Positions 21,541 through 32,989 of a DNA stretch of 64,000 nucleotides are shown in pieces. The stretch is from Escherichia phage CMSTMSU. The translations under genes and the position numbers were made by a program. The stretch lies in the sequence record MH494197.1. The stretch is one strand, 5' to 3'. Under the pieces are notes generated by a model. That model worked only from the letters and a program-made list of their open reading frames with translations, was not told where the DNA came from and did not search any database. Within the stretch, counting starts at the first letter, position 1. Each line of letters begins with the position of its first letter.

Positions 21541-23501
21541 ATGAGTATAAATCGAATTAGAGGTGATGGTGGTGTAATTATAGATAGTCAGGCATTTCTA
21601 GAATTACCTAAAGCACCGACTAAAGAAACCGCTGATGTGGTTAGATCAGGGATGATTAGATACAATAAAGGATGGAAAGCATTTGAAGGTGTACTAGACT
21701 TTGAAGATGGTTCAATGGCATATCGACGTTTTGCAAACCTAGATGCAAACGGTAAACTTCTTACTTCCCAATTACCAGATTCAGTAACTAGTGGTTTACA
21801 ATTTGTTGGTACATATAATCCCATCCCAGATGATATCGATCCACCTTTAGCACAAACTCCACTACCAGCACCATCACCATCGCTTAATGGTGATTATTAT
21901 GTCGTTCGTGGTATAATGGATGCCGCACAAGCACATTATGAAGCAAATAATCCACAAACAAGTCCTGTTACATTTACACCTACAAATCCAACTGGACAAG
22001 GTAATTGGATTGAAATTTTATATTATGTTGACTCTAATCCAAATATATCTGGTGCTAAACTAGTAACATACGCTTTTGCTAGAATTATTACTGCATCTAT
22101 TCCCAGTACTGGACATGATGGCCTTGAAAATTTAGCAACAGATACTGACTTGACCAAACCATTTGCATCTGGTGTTCCAATGAACCAAACTGCACTTTCA
22201 GATGGCGATTGGATTATTATAACTGAAGATAAGAATATACGTCTTCGTCAGTCAAGAACAAGCATTTCCGCTGCTTCAGTATTATATGACAATACTGTAA
22301 TGATTGCAAATCATCGTCAATTTAGAACAAACGCAGGGACCGTTCAAACATCCATAGATAACGTTGTGATTGAGTGTTTACGTAGAACTGGCGATTCCAT
22401 GTATAATGATGGAACAGACGGCTCTGGGCGTTTTGGGGTGGTGTATGGCAGTGCAGCAGCACCAGCATTGACATTTAATAATAATCCGTTTGACCCAACG
22501 AACAACCCGTAATGACCCAACTAAGTGGTCCGATGCTAATACTGGTATATTCCATCCAGCAGATGATGCAATTGGTTTTACAACAGCCGGAACTGAGCGT
22601 GTTCGAATTAATAATGGAACACTAACATTATTCCAAACTACCGCTACACCAGCAGCTACGCCAGTAATACGTTTTGATAATGCATCAAACACAAACGTAG
22701 GGATAAGTGCAAGTAGTAATATTATTTCTTTAAGTTCAATGAATAAAATTCAAGTTGAATTTAAAAATGGTGAATCACATTTTCATGGAAATATTATTGT
22801 AGATGGATCAACATCACTAACAGGTGATTTAAACGCAGGTAACATCACTGCCAGCGGAATTTAGTTGTTAAAGGTAATACAACACTAGGCGACACTACTG
22901 GCGACACTATTACAGTTAATGGTGTTAGTACTTATAATGCAAATACTAATTTCAATGGAACTAATAACAAATTCAAAACATAAACTTACTAGAGAATGGT
23001 GTATTCACATTAGAAAGTACTACAAACCAAAGTGATATAAAACTACTTGGTGCAGACTTACGTTTCACTATGGGAAGTTATGCTGATGTAAGTATATATG
23101 ATAACGGTGTTATTCGTACTCGTTTCAACCGATATGGTATTCAATTACCAGTACTGGCTACAATTGATAACTCAGTTGGTGTTGATGGTATGATTGCATA
23201 CTCAAATACCGAACGTACATCGATGCAGAAGGTCCAAGGACAATGGGTTCCAATTGGTTCTGGTTCTGTACGTACTGACCCGTTTACTGCGTCAGCGTGG
23301 GTTTTAAACGGCTCATATTACACATTAACAGTAACTGCTAGTAACATAGTAACTGCTGAAATTCAAGAACTCGTAAGTACTGGTGTTTACACTCGTGTTG
23401 AAGTTGATAGTGTCACATTCAATGGAACAAGCGTAGTGTTCAGTATTCCTGCAACTCCTGATGTGAGATTTGCCGGACGTACACTGGTTACATTAAGATA
23501 A
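21541..23501 (+). CDS. Tail fibre protein (~650 aa), frame broken at about 22500, 22865 and 22985
   Basis: Track ORFs 21541..22512, 22490..22864 and 23070..23501 are collinear with short bridging frames. Recurring G(M)I(R/A)Y(N/S) fibre-like motifs; N-terminal RGD. Confidence 0.5.
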
Positions 23502-23502
23502 T

Positions 23503-23530
23503 AAAAAGGAGACTTATGTCTCCTTTTCTT
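23503..23530. terminator. Bidirectional rho-independent terminator between the fibre gene (+) and thyA (-)
   Basis: GGAGAC-TTAT-GTCTCC flanked by an A-run upstream and a T-run downstream. Confidence 0.6.
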
Positions 23531-24460
23531 TATACAGCCATTGGTGCTTTGATCGTTGGCATTGGATCGTAATTAACTAATTTGAAAGAATCCATAGTGA
23601 AATCTTCAATATCAGTAATAGTAGGATCTAACCATAATTCTGGTAATGTACGTGGTTCACGTTGGAGTTGCTCTTTTACTTGTTCAATATGGTTTTGATA
23701 GATATGGCAGTCGCCACCATTCCAAATAAATTCACCAACATCTAACCCTGTAATTTGTGCAATCATATGAGTTAGTAGTGAGTAACTACTAATATTAAAT
23801 GGCACACCAAGGAATAGATCAGCACTACGTTGATGAAGAATACAACTTAGTTTACCCTGTACAACACAAAACTGCACAAAGCTATGACAGGGTGGCAAAG
23901 TCATAGCATCAAGCTCACCAACGTTCCATGCACTTAGAATGTGACGACGACCATATGGATCAGTATTGATACCTTCAATAACTTGTTTTAGCTGGTCAGT
24001 TACGACGCATAATAACACCATGTGAACCAGTATAATCAATAACTTTATACCCTTTATCTTTTAGTTCTTGAATTTCTTCAGTACTGGAACTGAATTTATA
24101 ATCTTCCCATTCACGCCATTGTTTACCATAAACTGGGCCAAGCTCACCATCAGAATACCCAAGGCTTACACCTTGATTAAGGTAGTTGTCTGTCCAAATT
24201 GTTTTCTTTTCTACATCACGTGTCCCGTGTAAAATTTCACACAGACGACGCTCATCGTGAGAACCTTCAATAAACCATAACAATTCTGAAGTCATTGCTT
24301 TCCAAGCTAAACGTTTAGTAGTTACTGCTGGGAAACCTTCTTTTAGGTCAAAACGCATTTGTTGTCCGATTAGCTTGATAGTGCCAACACCAGTACGATC
24401 AACGCTTTCGACACCTTGATCCAGAATTCTTTGATATAGTTCTTGTAGTTGTTTCATTTT
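23530..24460 (-). CDS. thyA: Thymidylate synthase, split into two overlapping frames near 24000-24040
   Basis: N-terminal piece contains [16 protein letters not shown] and GPVYGKQWR; C-terminal piece contains [29 protein letters not shown] and APMAV. These are the universal ThyA motifs and are collinear with E. coli ThyA. Confidence 0.85.
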
Positions 24461-24461
24461 A

Positions 24462-24820
24462 CGTCCTTGAAAAATGTAATAAAGTGTTCCATGTGTTTTG
24501 TGTAGCATTACGTGAACCAATCCCAGTCCAGTTACCGTGTGGTGCTGGTATTGAGAATGTTTCAGTAAACTCTTTCAGTACTGTATCATAATAAAATACA
24601 GAGCGAGTGTTCATATCATAACAATATATTTCTGGATTGTCAACTGAATCCATATACATCTGTACGGCCCATGCAGTTCCACCTGAAACTTGCGTAGGTG
24701 ATGTAATATTTGCAATACAATATACTCTTTTGTATTAAGTATCTGGTAACTATTCCTTGCAAGTAAGTTATATACATACGAACCGCTTAGGAACTTTACG
24801 GCGTAAAGAGTAACATGCAA
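24462..24820 (-). CDS. Hypothetical small protein(s); two overlapping ORF fragments
   Basis: Track ORFs 24459..24659 and 24611..24820; stop overlaps the thyA start. Confidence 0.25.
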
Positions 24821-24954
24821 TGTTTAATTGTTTTAATATTGAACTATCACAAAGGATATTGGGTGGAATTTCTAATATAGTATTTTCATCTACGCTGCTT
24901 TGGTGACCCTTGAATGAAAAATTTATTACTTCAAATCCATTGTCTTTTGCATAG

Positions 24955-24988
24955 ATAGAAAAAGGCGGTCAGCACCTGCTGCCCGCCA
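24955..24988 (-). terminator. GC-rich hairpin terminator (minus strand)
   Basis: GGCGG-CAGCA-CC-TGCTG-CCGCC with an A-run on the plus side, giving a U-run after the hairpin on the minus transcript. Confidence 0.45.
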
Positions 24989-25040
24989 CTGAAACATACA
25001 TTAGATAAACCATTGATTGCTTCATCTAATTCTATTTTAT

Positions 25041-25700
25041 TCATTTATATTATTTTGCTTTACGTTCTGCAAATGCCTGTTTAACTTTCTCAATTGCTTT
25101 GGTTTGTGAAATTCCTTCTGGGATTTCAATATAGAAAGTTTTGCTATCAGGTGCTACAGGTGTTGCTTGAACTTGTGGACGTAGAGATGGTTCTAAGTTG
25201 TAAGCACGTTCAAAGTGCTCTTTAGCCAACTGCTCATAACGTTGTGCATCTTTAAGTAGTTGCTCAACAATGGTAGCTTCTTCAACAGAAGTATCAACTT
25301 CTTGTGGCTTGAATGGGTTGTATTCTTTAACTTTACCATCTTCATGTTTTTAGCATCATTATCATTGATTGCGTTGTTTAGAACATCAAGAGAAATCTTA
25401 CTGTTTCCACCAACATGCATATCAATATCACAAGTACGTGCACGACGCAAATGTTGTAGATTATGAAGAACATCTAGCATTTTGCGACCGTCTAGATGAC
25501 CAATCTTATGCATAACTTCCCACAAATCTACATTCGATTGACCTTGATTCATTACTAAATCTGCAACAGATTGAGCATATGCTTCAGGAAGTGAGTCGCG
25601 ATAAACAATGAGACAATGTTCTGGATCATCAGGAGTGAACGCCATACCACAAATACTCGTGAACCCGTATTACGTACTACACCAACGTGACGAATAGCCA
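25041..25700 (-). CDS. Hypothetical protein (~220 aa), one frameshift
   Basis: Starts MAIRHVGVVRNTG with RBS AAAGGAGAA; continues through ORF 25193..25645 and a C-terminal frame ending ...AFAERKAK. Confidence 0.35.
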
Positions 25701-25706
25701 TTATTA

Positions 25707-25881
25707 TTCTCCTTTATTTTGTTCAGCAGCAGCTTGTGCAGCATCAGCTTCTTCTTGTGCTTTGATATCTTCGAGTGCAGAGTTAGCAAACTCAACAAAC
25801 TTAGATACGACTGGAGCAACATCAACAAGTTCTTCGACTTTAAATGAATTACGAGCCACAGCAGCTTCCATGATTTTAGCA
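25707..25881 (-). CDS. Small acidic Ala-rich protein (~58 aa)
   Basis: MEAAVARNSFKVEELVDVAPVVSKFVEFANSALEDIKAQEEADAAQAAAEQNKGE; below the track's size cut-off. Confidence 0.25.
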
Positions 25882-25999
25882 GCGTTGATTAGGTCGATTA
25901 GTGTTAGTTGAATTTTTCTGGTTCTTGTTCCATTTTAATACTCTCCATGTATGTTGTTACAAATATAATTATATCACCTTTTTCCAAGCTGTCCCGCTG

Positions 26000-26029
26000 A
26001 AAAAGTAGAAACGGAATTTTCCGTTCTCA
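26000..26029 (-). terminator. Rho-independent terminator after the VWA gene
   Basis: GAAACGGAA-TTT-TCCGTTCTC with a T-run on the minus transcript. Confidence 0.45.
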
Positions 26030-26033
26030 TTAT

Positions 26034-27447
26034 TTAGTACTTAGCTACGTTGACGCTTTTGTCAGCTTCATATTCGTAGTGTACAGTTTCGCCAAATGGT
26101 GCTTGTTTGTTAGGATTGCTGTGGATAACAAACAGTGTCTTACAGTAATCAGGATCACCCCATGACTGCCACGGCTCACCATCGGTAAACATAATAAGCT
26201 GTTTAGGCTTATAGTTGTCATGCTTCATATGAACCCATACTGCTTCAAAGTCAGTACCACCACCACCTTTCACTGGATATTCGAGAATCTTACTCTCTTC
26301 ACCAGTTTTGTAATCTTTCACAGTATAAACTTCAGTATCGAACGTCATGATACGGATTTTAAATTGTTTAAACTGCTTAGTGATACCCAGTACTTCACTG
26401 ATGAAATCACGGAGCATATCTTCAGAGATAGAACCGGATGCATCTAGTGCAATTGCAATATCAATATCATCATCTGGTTTCATACCGGGAAGATTGGATT
26501 CCCGTAGAATGAACCAGAACTACCAAAACCAGCACCCCATGAACGACGATTAGGATTTTGATAAGTTGCATCAGACTTCAACCAGCTACGCAGTGTGCGG
26601 TGAAGTTTAGAACGCCAGTCAATCTTAGGTTCTTTGAAGTTGTTAATCATACGTGCGATTTCAGCAGGAGTACCACCTGCACGAGCAGCATTCATCATTG
26701 CTGTTTTGAAATCATCCATATAATCACGTTTTTGTTTCTCACTTGAACCACCCTCTTGACCTTCTTGTGGAACGTCATGCTGGTCGATTGTTGTACCTTT
26801 GCCTTTACCATCTTTGATATCACCAAAAGTACCGCGTGATTTACCTTCACCCTCACCACTACCAGCCTGTGGATTTCCTTCACCTTCTCCGTCTTGATCC
26901 TGCTTATCTTCTTCTTCGAGAATATTATAAATCTCTTCAGCAGTCATACCATCGTACTTTTTATCGTACAGCCATTGGCTTTGGATTTTACCAATTTTAT
27001 CACGAACAAGAATCTGGTTAATTGCATAGTCAGCAGCACGGTTATAACGCTGCGGGTCACGCATACCACGACGCAAGAAGTGGTCATATGCACAGTGAAG
27101 AATTTCATGACAAATAACTGCAATCAGGTTTTCATCAGTCAAACCTTCTGTCATTTCTTTAAGTTGTTCTTCAGTTACTTCAGGATGTTTCTCACGAATT
27201 GCTTCTTCGTATGCTGACTTTTGGATTGGTCCTGAATACCCATGATGAATTCTACGTTGTAGAATAAATGCTTACCATCTACAGCCAAAGTACGACACCA
27301 TGTGTTGTTTGCAACTGGACGCAGACGAGAAGCCAGTACACCAAAGAATGGGAATGTTAGCATTAAAGATGTGCGAGCTAAGATCAGACGATCTTGACAT
27401 TCTTTCTGGAGAGCCGGAGTAACATCACTGAAACGTTTATCTGACAT
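26034..27447 (-). CDS. Two-domain protein: N-terminal HExxH zinc-metallopeptidase-like domain plus C-terminal von Willebrand factor A domain (DUF2201-like VWA partner of MoxR ATPases); frame broken twice
   Basis: CHEILHCAYDH (HExxH) in ORF 26480..27154; DIAIALDASGSIS (MIDAS DxSxS) and GGGTDF in ORF 26034..26483; N-terminus in ORF 27175..27447. Confidence 0.7.
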
Positions 27448-27520
27448 TTGTATTTCCTCGTTTAGTTAAGATAAAGAAGGATACCATGTGGTATCCTCCT
27501 TGTCAACACTCTTTTAATTA

Positions 27521-28846
27521 TTAACCAAGAGAGCGTGCTTTACGTACTAGGTCAGAGTACTTCATAACGAAGTCTTTAAACGCTGGTACATCTTTAATCG
27601 TAATCGCTACTTTATGAAGCGTGATGGTACGAATCGCCAGTACTGCCAGTTCTGCTTGAGTTGCAGAGAAGTTATGGTCTAGGAAGGTGATGAAGTTGTT
27701 GCACAGCTTACCCCAATCTTCCACTGGTAGACGTTGTTCTTGCTTCTCATTGTAGAGGTCGATAATTTTGTAAACCAGATTCAGAGTGATGAAGTAGTTC
27801 GCGGAAATATCGAGCGAAGCATCAATCTCTTTAATCTCACCCTGTAGGATGGACATGGTATCTGGTAGTTTAGCTACGTTATCAACATACTCGATGTATT
27901 CAGTTGCTACGCCTTCACCAACACGACCTGCAATCATCGCACGGAACACTTCTTTATCAATGTTCTTAACTTTCTTCAGATCTTCGTAGCGTGCTACTGC
28001 TTCCCATGAACGTGGAGAAGTACCACCACAGTGAGAAGGATCTTGTGGGCTAAGGGTGTTGAAGTGTTTAGCACCAGTGTTGTTGATGAACGCTACAGTT
28101 GCTGGGTTCAAACGCTTGCCAATCGCATAATCGTTAATCCAATCTTGATGATAAGGAATCATTTCGATGTGGGTCATACGGTCACGCAGTGGTGTAGCTA
28201 GAGAGAACGTTACACCGCCATCAGTTTCACGGTTACCTGCTGCGAGAATCAGTGCAGTCTTAGGTAGCTTCATCTCACCAACACAACGGTCGAGGATTAG
28301 CTGATAAGACGCTGCCTGTACAATCGGCATTGCAGAGTTGATTTCGTCAAACAGAATAACACCTTTCCAATCTGGAGACAGTTTCAGTACTTTAGGTGCT
28401 GCCCACACAACTGCTGTTTCAGCGATGTAATCTTGTGCACTAGCCAGTTCAGATTCAATCAGTTGCTTACCATCCATATCAAGGAACACTTTCTCTGGAA
28501 CTGGGATACCACGAAGGTCACTTGGTTCAATCTGAGACAAACGGAAATCGATAAAGTTAGTGTCTTGGTCGATTAGTTTGGCTTCAAACGCTGCCAGTTC
28601 ACGGCGAAGTTGATCAGCATTTTCAGTATCAGCTTCGATTTGTTGTTTCATGAACTCAATTTTGCCACGTTATCTTTACGCAGTGGGTAGTTCTCATCAG
28701 CGTATTGACGTGCGATAGCAGATTTACCGATACGGGCTACCCCAAATCATCAGGCTATCTTGAATCATGTCAGCCAGTGCCATTGCTTCTTTAGCTTTCT
28801 TAGGAGTCAGTTTTACGTTCAGGATATCGTTGTTTTGAGTAGACAT
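27521..28846 (-). CDS. MoxR-family AAA+ ATPase (CobS-like); N-terminus with two frame breaks
   Basis: Walker A GSP-IGKSAIARQYA reconstructed at 28700-28750, PSDLRG, Walker B ILFDEINSAMP and sensor AAGNR in track ORF 27521..28651. ATG at 28846 with RBS AAAGGAAA. Confidence 0.75.
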
Positions 28847-29013
28847 GTATATTTTCCTTTTGTTGGATAAAATCGTTTAGGTTTCTATTATAGCCAATCC
28901 GTGGGCAAAGTAAAGGAACTGTGTTAAAAGAATTTTAACTTATCAGTTCCTTTGTTACTTCATGAATCATCCGTGTATTTAAAAGGCATTTCTCTTTGCC
29001 GTCTTGATGTGTC

Positions 29014-29041
29014 ATTATATCACATCGTTCAGGCTTGTCAA
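29014..29041 (-). promoter_or_regulatory. Consensus sigma70-type promoter (TTGACA-16 nt-TATAAT) reading toward the ATPase gene
   Basis: Reverse complement of 29036..29041 is TTGACA and of 29014..29019 is TATAAT; spacer 16 nt. Confidence 0.55.
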
Positions 29042-29104
29042 CAACTTTTTTATTTCTTTTCAATCTCACATCTTGTGATTTTGAAAACTTGCTTCGTGGT
29101 GGTC

Positions 29105-29132
29105 ATTATAACACATCATTCGGCGTTGTCAA
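29105..29132 (-). promoter_or_regulatory. Second consensus sigma70-type promoter, inside a ~75-bp direct repeat of the first
   Basis: Reverse complement gives TTGACA (29127..29132), a 16-nt spacer and TATAAT (29105..29110). Confidence 0.55.
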
Positions 29133-29535
29133 CATCTTTTTCTTTATTTTCGAAGCTACATGTGCATCGAAAATAACATTCTAAAATCATCACCACACAA
29201 TGTTAACTCTGTAACTATCATTTGCGTCGAGAGGTATATGTACTGCCCTTCTACATAGTAGGGTGAAGTACATATCCTATCAAGCGATGTAAAGATTATA
29301 GAACTTTTGAACTCTCTTTGCAAGGGGATTTTTGTAAATTCGTAAAGAATGTTTTCTTTACAAATTGTATATCCAAACTTGCTAAGTCTTAAACCACCGC
29401 CAGTTCTGAAATTTTCAAAATTGACATCAGAAGCATACGGTCTGTTAATTCAGCGTCTGATCCATGTACTTCTCTAACTTTTAAAAGTACATCGTTTTGA
29501 AATTCAGTACTGTTGTGTGGTTCAGGAATCATAAA

Positions 29536-30912
29536 TTACATCCCCACGAAACCCTGTCTTGCTGCATATGAAGGAGCATCTTTAACTTTATAGTCTTGGA
29601 CACCATCTTTACCAATTTTCGGACCCATATCTTTGGTTCCGAAGCAGCAATCAGTGGATTCATCAACTTCTTCAGTACTTTCATCATTATATCGAACATC
29701 CGATAAAATGTCACACGCTTTTGAAGCTTTTCTACGATTTCTTTTGATCTTCACCTGATTTAACCTTATCCACAATGTGGATAAGGCATTCGGTGATATC
29801 TTTAAGTAAATCGGTGGCAACAGCATCAGAAGGAGTCTCAACTGCAAAACTTTCTTCTTCAGTAGATTCTTCACTAGAAGTGATTTCATCTAATGCTTCA
29901 ACCAATTCACGATAATTATATCCCATCTTATTTGTCCCTAGAAATTGTTGATATTTCTTCTGGAGACTTTCGAAAATGTCTTCGACTTCTTCATCGCTTT
30001 CATCTTCTAGTTCTTCGTTACCTTCCACGGACTCATCACTCTCATTAACATTGAGTGGGTTGTCACCTAGAGCAGTACACGGAAACTTAGGTTCAAATTT
30101 GTGAACACGGTTCTCGTTACCGTCATTGTCATAGTACTCTGGTTCAGGACGATTGTCAACATCTTCATCAACGACACGTCTCCAGTAGAACTTGTTACCC
30201 TTGGTAATAACAACAAAGTGGTCACCTTCTACACCATTAGTTTTAGCTTGACCGTCACGAACAGCATCAGCTTCAGTGTTGTAAGGGCCAAAATCAGTAC
30301 TGTCACCTTGTTCTTCATCTTCAGAGATGGTTAGGTCTGGTAGGAAAGTGTTTTCTTCAACTTTAACTTCAGTATCTGGGTTACCTTCTACAGAATATTC
30401 ATCTTCTGGTTCGTCTTGAAGACCAGCTAGAGATAGCATACGACTGAAATCGAATTCTTCTTCGATGATTTCTTCTTCTTCCTCTTCTTCAACTGATTCT
30501 AGTTGAGGTTGACCGGAAAGATCTAAAGAAAACTCTTCTTCATCTGCAACACGGCTCTTCGAACTCTGCATCCATACTTACTTCTTCAGAATCACCACCA
30601 AAATCACCAGCTTCAGCAGATAGTGAGTCAGCAGCAACTTCTAATGGGTCTTCAACAGGTGCATCAATTGCACCATCCATTGAACCACCAACTTCTTCTT
30701 CTGCACCAGCACCAATTGAATCCATATCGAGTGGTGCGATTGGTGTAGAAAGGGTCATTGACCCATAGAAGGAACTGGAGCAGCAACAGGAGAAGCTTGA
30801 CGCTCGGCTTGACCAGCTAGTGCAAGCATACGAGATAGTGTTTCTAGATCTTCAGATTCTAGTCCTGCGATATCGATTTTAACTTGTGCTTCATTAATTT
30901 TTTAGCCATTTT
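29536..30912 (-). CDS. Highly acidic protein (~400 aa, Glu/Asp-rich) with a basic Cys-containing C-terminal tail; frame breaks
   Basis: Track ORFs 30540..30758, 29732..30571 and 29536..29889. Repeated SRML(A/S)LAG motif; runs of EEEEEE. Confidence 0.4.
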
Positions 30913-30946
30913 AAATAAATCCTTTTAGTTATCAATCATTCTTATT

Positions 30947-31380
30947 TAATGATTTTAAAATTTGCACTGTTTCATCCTTTTTACCAGATAGTAAAATGTC
31001 AGCAGCAATTAGAGAAACCTCATCACCACGCGTTAAGAGTACTGTAATTTTCTTAGCGTAAGGTGATTCTTTAATTCGTGAAGCCAATGATTGAACTTCA
31101 TCACCGGAGCAGGAACTTCAGGTTCTGGCTCTGATACAGGTTCTGGTTCTTTAGTAGGTTCAGCTTTTGGTTCAACTACATCAGTACTTGATACTTCAGC
31201 ATCTACTTTATCTTCAGGTTCTTCTTCTTTCTTATCAGCACGTTCTGCATCATAACGAGCAAGAATGTCATCAGCAGTTGATTTTGGAATCAATTTACCA
31301 TCAGCACTAATAAAGCGGTTACCACCGATATAAGAATACTCTGTGCCTTTCTTAGATTTTACTTTAGTTCCGATTTTCAT
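30947..31380 (-). CDS. Hypothetical protein with acidic/Pro-rich low-complexity linker
   Basis: ORF 31033..31380 (MKIGTKVKSKKGTEYSYIGGNRF...) plus a shifted C-terminal frame. Confidence 0.3.
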
Positions 31381-31399
31381 TGCACCAGAACTATTATGG

Positions 31400-32690
31400 C
31401 GAATTATATCACGTTGAGCAGCACGTTCAACACTTTTGCAGCACTAGAATTTAGTTGTTTTTAGTTTCTACATCAAACCATGCATTTTTTGTTTAATGTA
31501 TGTTTTACCTTTATTTGAAGTAATGCGGTAACCATGTGGAACCACAACAGATTCAGTTTCTTCAATCTCTTCATCTGCTTCATTAATGGATTCTTTTGTT
31601 GCGAATACTGGCTGTTTTACTGGTTGTTTAGGTTGTTCTGGCTTTTCACCTGAACCAAAACGTTGTTCACCTGATTCATGATCACCAGTTAGTGAAGGAA
31701 AATCACCGGGTTAGCCTTAACAAATTGTTGATATGCATTAAAGATTACATGTGCATTTTGTTCTGGAATTACAACATTACCATCATTATCACAAAATTCT
31801 TTACCATTCCATTCTGAACGAGTATTACCTTGTACTAATGTAGATTTAATTGGAATTAGTTTGTTTTTGGTGCTAATTGGCGAGCAATACGCATACCTTC
31901 ATCGGAAAGTTTACGTGTCATTGCTGGGTCAACTGGACGTCCAGATTTTGCATCAACAAAACGGTGATTTTAGGGATGAATTTAAATCCACTAACTTCCA
32001 TACCTGCTGGAATAGAAATATCATCAGCATATGGTGGAAGGATATAGAATTTTAGGGAGTTCCATTCTTTTGTAGAGTTTCTTTTGAAACATTATATACA
32101 CGGTGGTCATCTGCCATTAGTTCAGTGATAATTTCACTTTCAGTTAGTAGAATTCCATCTTTAGAATTGAAACGATTTTCACCAAGAAATGTACACTCTT
32201 TACCTTCAAGAATATATTTTTACCAATTTTATATTCACTAGAAGATAGATTGTGCTCAACAATCTGTTGTCGAGCACTTGCGTACATGGATGGGTATTTT
32301 TAGGGTCTACCATTAACATATTATTGTCGTTAAACCAGAAACCTTCTAGAAATACATATTTGCCACCAGTGTGAGAAGTATATACATATCCATTAGGTAC
32401 TGTGGTAGTTTCAGTACTGAAAAAATTATCCATGTGTTGATTCTCCTTAAGAAAGCATACGCAAAAGTTGTTCACGCTGCTCTGGACTTAATTTTTGTAG
32501 AGCATCAGGATACTAGAACCTTGTGCTTTTGGCTGTTCCTGTGGTGCTGGTTGTGGAGCATTGTCAGGTTGAGCTTGTGGTGCAGGACGTTGTTGTTCTT
32601 CACCTTTATCATCATCACGATAATCATTCATCAAGTCACGTGCTGCTGCCAATAGAGCAGAACCAACATCTTTAGGAGTAAAAGTACGAC
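31400..32690 (-). CDS. Fragmented coding region, product unknown (one or two genes with multiple frame breaks)
   Basis: Only short minus-strand ORF pieces (for example 32206..32475) that are collinear across frames; includes a Pro/Gln-rich low-complexity stretch. Confidence 0.2.
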
Positions 32691-32695
32691 GACTG

Positions 32696-32989
32696 TTATT
32701 TCCCGTGTTTTATATCAAGGTTATTTCCTTTGAAGAATTGTGCAACATCAGCATATGGTACTGATGGCTGTGCTTTACCGTATTTGCGACCAACATAGCG
32801 TTTAAATTCAGCCCAAAGACGGTTTGCTTCTGCACCAACTTCTTGTGCACCTTGTTCTACTTGACCACTACCGAAAAAGCCTTTTACTTTTCCTTTTGCA
32901 CTATCTACTGCACTTTGTGAACGACTATATGGACGAGCTTCATTTAGCTCTTCATCATTATAGTCTAACATTTCATTAAGTATACTCAT
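32696..32989 (-). CDS. Hypothetical protein (97 aa)
   Basis: Intact ORF; ATGA overlap with the upstream gene. Confidence 0.4.
   Translation of the reverse strand: MSILNEMLDYNDEELNEARPYSRSQSAVDSAKGKVKGFFGSGQVEQGAQEVGAEANRLWAEFKRYVGRKYGKAQPSVPYADVAQFFKGNNLDIKHGK

Noticed and set aside
21541-21570. RGD motif (MSINRIRGDGG) as a functional integrin-binding site
   Set aside because: A tripeptide in a phage of a presumably bacterial host is expected by chance and has no supporting context.
23530-24520. Group I intron in thymidylate synthase, as in T4 td
   Set aside because: The two halves overlap by about 44 nt in different frames with no intervening insert; this is an indel signature, not an intron.
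25260-30334. Plus-strand ORFs within the minus-strand block (25260..25466, 26220..26447, 26347..26553, 26894..27217, 30101..30334 and others)
   Set aside because: They overlap well-supported minus-strand genes (VWA/peptidase, acidic protein) on the opposite strand and lack RBSs or recognisable motifs.
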